Shown: positions 61,018 through 64,000 of the stretch, in pieces
How positions within the stretch are numbered: the first letter of the stretch is position 1
Layout: every line of letters starts with the position of its first letter
Notes under the pieces: generated by a model
Database searches by the model: none
Told to the model about the DNA's origin: nothing
What the model saw: the letters and a program-made list of their open reading frames with translations, nothing else
NCBI RefSeq assembly: GCF_004010195.1
Contig: NC_057750.1
Span: forward strand, 20,215,964-20,279,963
Source: Chiloscyllium plagiosum
Taxonomy: Eukaryota
Direction of reading: 5' to 3'
DNA: 64,000 nt
Position numbers and translations under genes: made by a program

Positions 61018-62128
61018 AATAAGTATTTATAATTATTTAAAAGGCCTCATCTAAGGTGGGCCAAACTTTCCCTTTCTATTGCATATTTAATAGTAAGTTT
61101 CAGAACAGTTTCCATCTGAGCGACCCTTGTCAGAACAGAGGAGTCTTACTGTCTGCATTGTAGCCCCATCTCACTAAGACTCTGTTCTGATTCTCAGAGG
61201 CATTTTACTATCTGTCTGTAAAGGCCTTGAGCTGAGCTCCATGAAACTTCTCTTCCATCATTTTGTGTCAGCTGAAAAAAAACGCAAGCAGCCATGGGTA
61301 GCTACAACACTATCTCTGCTGGATCTGTCCTGCTGATGGGTATGGGTATGATTACAAGAGTATGAATATACAGTTATCAAGCTGCTGCTTGACGAGTCCA
61401 TGAGAATGTTCTCCCAATTTTGGCATTAGCCCCCAGATGTTAGTAAAGAACATTTTCCAAGGTCAACAGATCTATTTCCAATGTTGCCTCTTCTAGTTCC
61501 TAGGTCAATATCTGGTGCGCCATCCATTTTTATTTCTGTTGTGAGGATTCATAGTGATTGAAACAACTGAATGGCTTGCAAGGCCATTTCAAAAGGCAGT
61601 TGCAAGTCAACCACATTGTTGTGGCTCTGAAGTCACATGTAGGCCAGACCAGGTGAAGGATGATGACAGGTTAAAATGTGATATAAAGGACATTAATATT
61701 AAAAACATCAACAGGTGAACTTGCGGCAGGCAAAGCTGTTTCTCAGTATGCACAGAGATAAGATTTGTAATACAAAGAAAATCTTGTTACTTGCACAATG
61801 CTTTCTGTGATCCCAGGACATTATAAAATATTTTCTTGTAATGGCTTTGTGTTTGGAAATGTACTCACTAGTAAAATGTAATGAATACTGCTACCAACGT
61901 AGCATGTCAATATATTATGAATTATGCAACTACAATGTGTAAATTCAATTGTATCTTTTCTTTAGATAGAGGAAGATCTAACGCTGAAATGATTTCCCTG
62001 ATTCAAATCATGACCAAGAAGACTCATGAGCTGGGTTGAAAGATGTCTCCAGTCCTGTCCAACTAACACCAGGTTAGAACTTGCAGTTTGGCTACCAGTA
62101 AGACAGAACCTGGCCTGTTTATTGAAGA

Positions 62129-63223
62129 ATGGATCAGAATTTCAACCGTTCTGTGAAATTCCAGCCCGCTTCCTGGCACAACATTTCATTGCTGGCAGAG
62201 CAATTCCAGTTCTGCTCGGACTCAGTGAGTAGTACCACCTTTCTCATCGTGGCCTACAGTGCAGTGATGGCAGTGGGCATGATTGGCAACATGTGCCTGG
62301 TTCTGGTCATTATGAGGCAGAAGGAAATGCGTAATGTGACCAATATCCTGATCGCCAACCTGTCATGCTCAGATATCCTCATTACCACCCTTTGCCTCCC
62401 GGTGACAGTGATTTATACCATGATGGACCGTTGGATCCTTGGTGCTGCACTTTGCAAGTTGACCCCATTTGTTCAGTGCACGTCAGTTACTGTGTCCATC
62501 CTCTCCTTGGTCCTGATTGCTTTGGAGAGACATCAGCTGATTATCAACCCAACTGGTTGGAAGCCAGCAGTGGGCCATGCATACTTGGCAGTTGCTCTCA
62601 GCTGGCTAGTTGGAAGTTTAATCTCTTTACCTTTTATCTCCTTCAATGTCTTGACCAGTGAGCCCTACTCAAACATTTCCTTTCTCCCAGACTCTTTCAA
62701 GGATCATGCAGCTTGTATTGAAAGCTGGCCTTCAGAGCAGCAGAAGCTGGCCTACACCACCTGCCTCTTGGTCTTCCAGTATGGCTTGCCCCTGCTTCTG
62801 ATGCTGACCTGTTACTTCCGGATCTTCCTGCGTCTCCGAAGGCGCCGAGAGATGGTGGACCGTGCAAGGGATGGGAATCACCGGGTCAGCCACAGTCGGA
62901 AGATCAACATCATGTTGGCATCTATTGTTGTGGCCTTTGGCCTGTGTTGGCTACCACTCACAGTTTTCAACACGGTATTTGATTGGAACCACGAGGCCAT
63001 CTCCATCTGTCACCACAACCTCATCTTTTCGCTTTGTCACCTGACAGCTATGCTGTCCACCTGCGTCAACCCAGTCATCTATGGCTTCCTCAATACTAAC
63101 TTCCAGAAGGAAGTGAAGGCCATGTTGTACCGTTGTCGTTGTGGTGGGACTTCAGACACCTACGAGAGTTTTCCTTTGTCCACAGTCAACACTGAACTGT
63201 CGAAAGCTTCCGTATGCCATTAA
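62129..63223 (+). CDS. npy8r: Neuropeptide Y receptor, Y1 subfamily, most like Y8 (intronless 364-aa class A GPCR)
   Basis: Intact 7TM ORF with GN (TM1), [22 protein letters not shown] (Y1-subfamily DRY variant), [18 protein letters not shown] and YESFPLSTV. The motifs [25 protein letters not shown] and KLTPFVQC match fish Y8 as I recall them. Acceptor CTTTTCTTTAG ends at 61965. Confidence 0.85.
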   Translation: MDQNFNRSVKFQPASWHNISLLAEQFQFCSDSVSSTTFLIVAYSAVMAVGMIGNMCLVLVIMRQKEMRNVTNILIANLSCSDILITTLCLPVTVIYTMMDRWILGAALCKLTPFVQCTSVTVSILSLVLIALERHQLIINPTGWKPAVGHAYLAVALSWLVGSLISLPFISFNVLTSEPYSNISFLPDSFKDHAACIESWPSEQQKLAYTTCLLVFQYGLPLLLMLTCYFRIFLRLRRRREMVDRARDGNHRVSHSRKINIMLASIVVAFGLCWLPLTVFNTVFDWNHEAISICHHNLIFSLCHLTAMLSTCVNPVIYGFLNTNFQKEVKAMLYRCRCGGTSDTYESFPLSTVNTELSKASVCH

Positions 63224-64000
63224 TTGTGTCTAACTTCAGCTGCATTGTGCCTTTTGTGGATCATTTGACACTCGTTCTTGCTGTTTATGTCTGCAGCAAT
63301 TACATCATTCCCCTCATGCCAAGTCTCACTGCTGAGAGTTGTTGGTCTGCGCCGAGATGGTCTGGCTCCAGCAGTCGTGGATGACTTGTCAATGCTCTGT
63401 TGTCAATGCTTTGAAAATCTGGACCCCTGAAATGCACCATCACGGGGAGGCTGTAAGTTACTTGCCTTAAAGTGACCTGCCTTCAAGTAACATTGACACT
63501 GAATTTGTGAGACAATGGTTCCAAAATGTACCTGGCATGGGTGAGGTGACAATATGCAGTGGATTGTTTGTGTAACTTATTGGGCCTCTGGCTGACCAAT
63601 CTGCTGGTTCCTCCTAATCTCACATGGTCCTTTACTAGCTCCACACAACTGAGTGGGGGGGCACAGCCTGGGTACCCATGGAAGGTGGGGATAAGGGAAA
63701 TATTACAGATGAGGCTGCATGCATTTCCCATCAACCCCAAAGTGATACTGAAAGCATCATTACCGGCAGGTAGATGTTCAGGTCAAGAAGTGCTCAGTGG
63801 CAAGGCATCAGTGCAGGATTTGTACAGCTATCGTGTTGCCTGAATGGAACCACGCCAGGGGAGCCTCATGTGATGCAGCGCTCAGTGTCATGGCAAATCT
63901 GGAGGGCCTGGTAGCAAGACTCCTTTACCTTCTGCCTTTAGAACTGAGCCGCAAGGAGGACCCTGAAAATGAGGGACAAGAAAAGGATGTCATTTTTTCC

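Noticed and set aside
63290..64000. Antisense exons downstream of npy8r (acceptor-like sites near 63428 and 63963)
   Set aside because: All frames after the acceptors close quickly and match nothing I recognise; could be 3'UTR or an old transposon remnant.

Overview
Eukaryotic, repeat-dominated genomic DNA. The repeat families (HE1-like tRNA SINEs, HER1/CR1 LINEs, Penelope-like elements) point to a cartilaginous fish, most likely a shark; this is inference from repeat content. Two host genes are recognisable. (1) The first coding exon of cox5b (minus strand, 6833-6701) sits in a CpG-island promoter; it is not in the ORF track. (2) An intact, intronless neuropeptide Y receptor ORF most like Y8 lies at 62129-63223 (+), with candidate 5'-UTR exons about 29 kb upstream. 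Most of the rest is nested retroelements: a decayed L1-clade ORF2, many CR1 copies (one near full length with ORF1+ORF2), SINEs (one expanded into a 53-bp minisatellite), and solo-LTR-like pieces. There is a decayed endogenous retrovirus (gag with two CCHC knuckles, pro, RT, IN, env with an ISD-like motif, PPT and 3' LTR). Its pol is split by a CR1 that itself holds a 5.8-kb block of apparently captured genomic DNA. Many Penelope-like fragments carry minimal hammerhead-ribozyme motifs and form palindromic mini-elements. A 163-nt assembly gap lies at 52318-52480. I found no CRISPR array or prokaryotic system. Repeat boundaries were read by eye and are approximate unless a target-site duplication is given.
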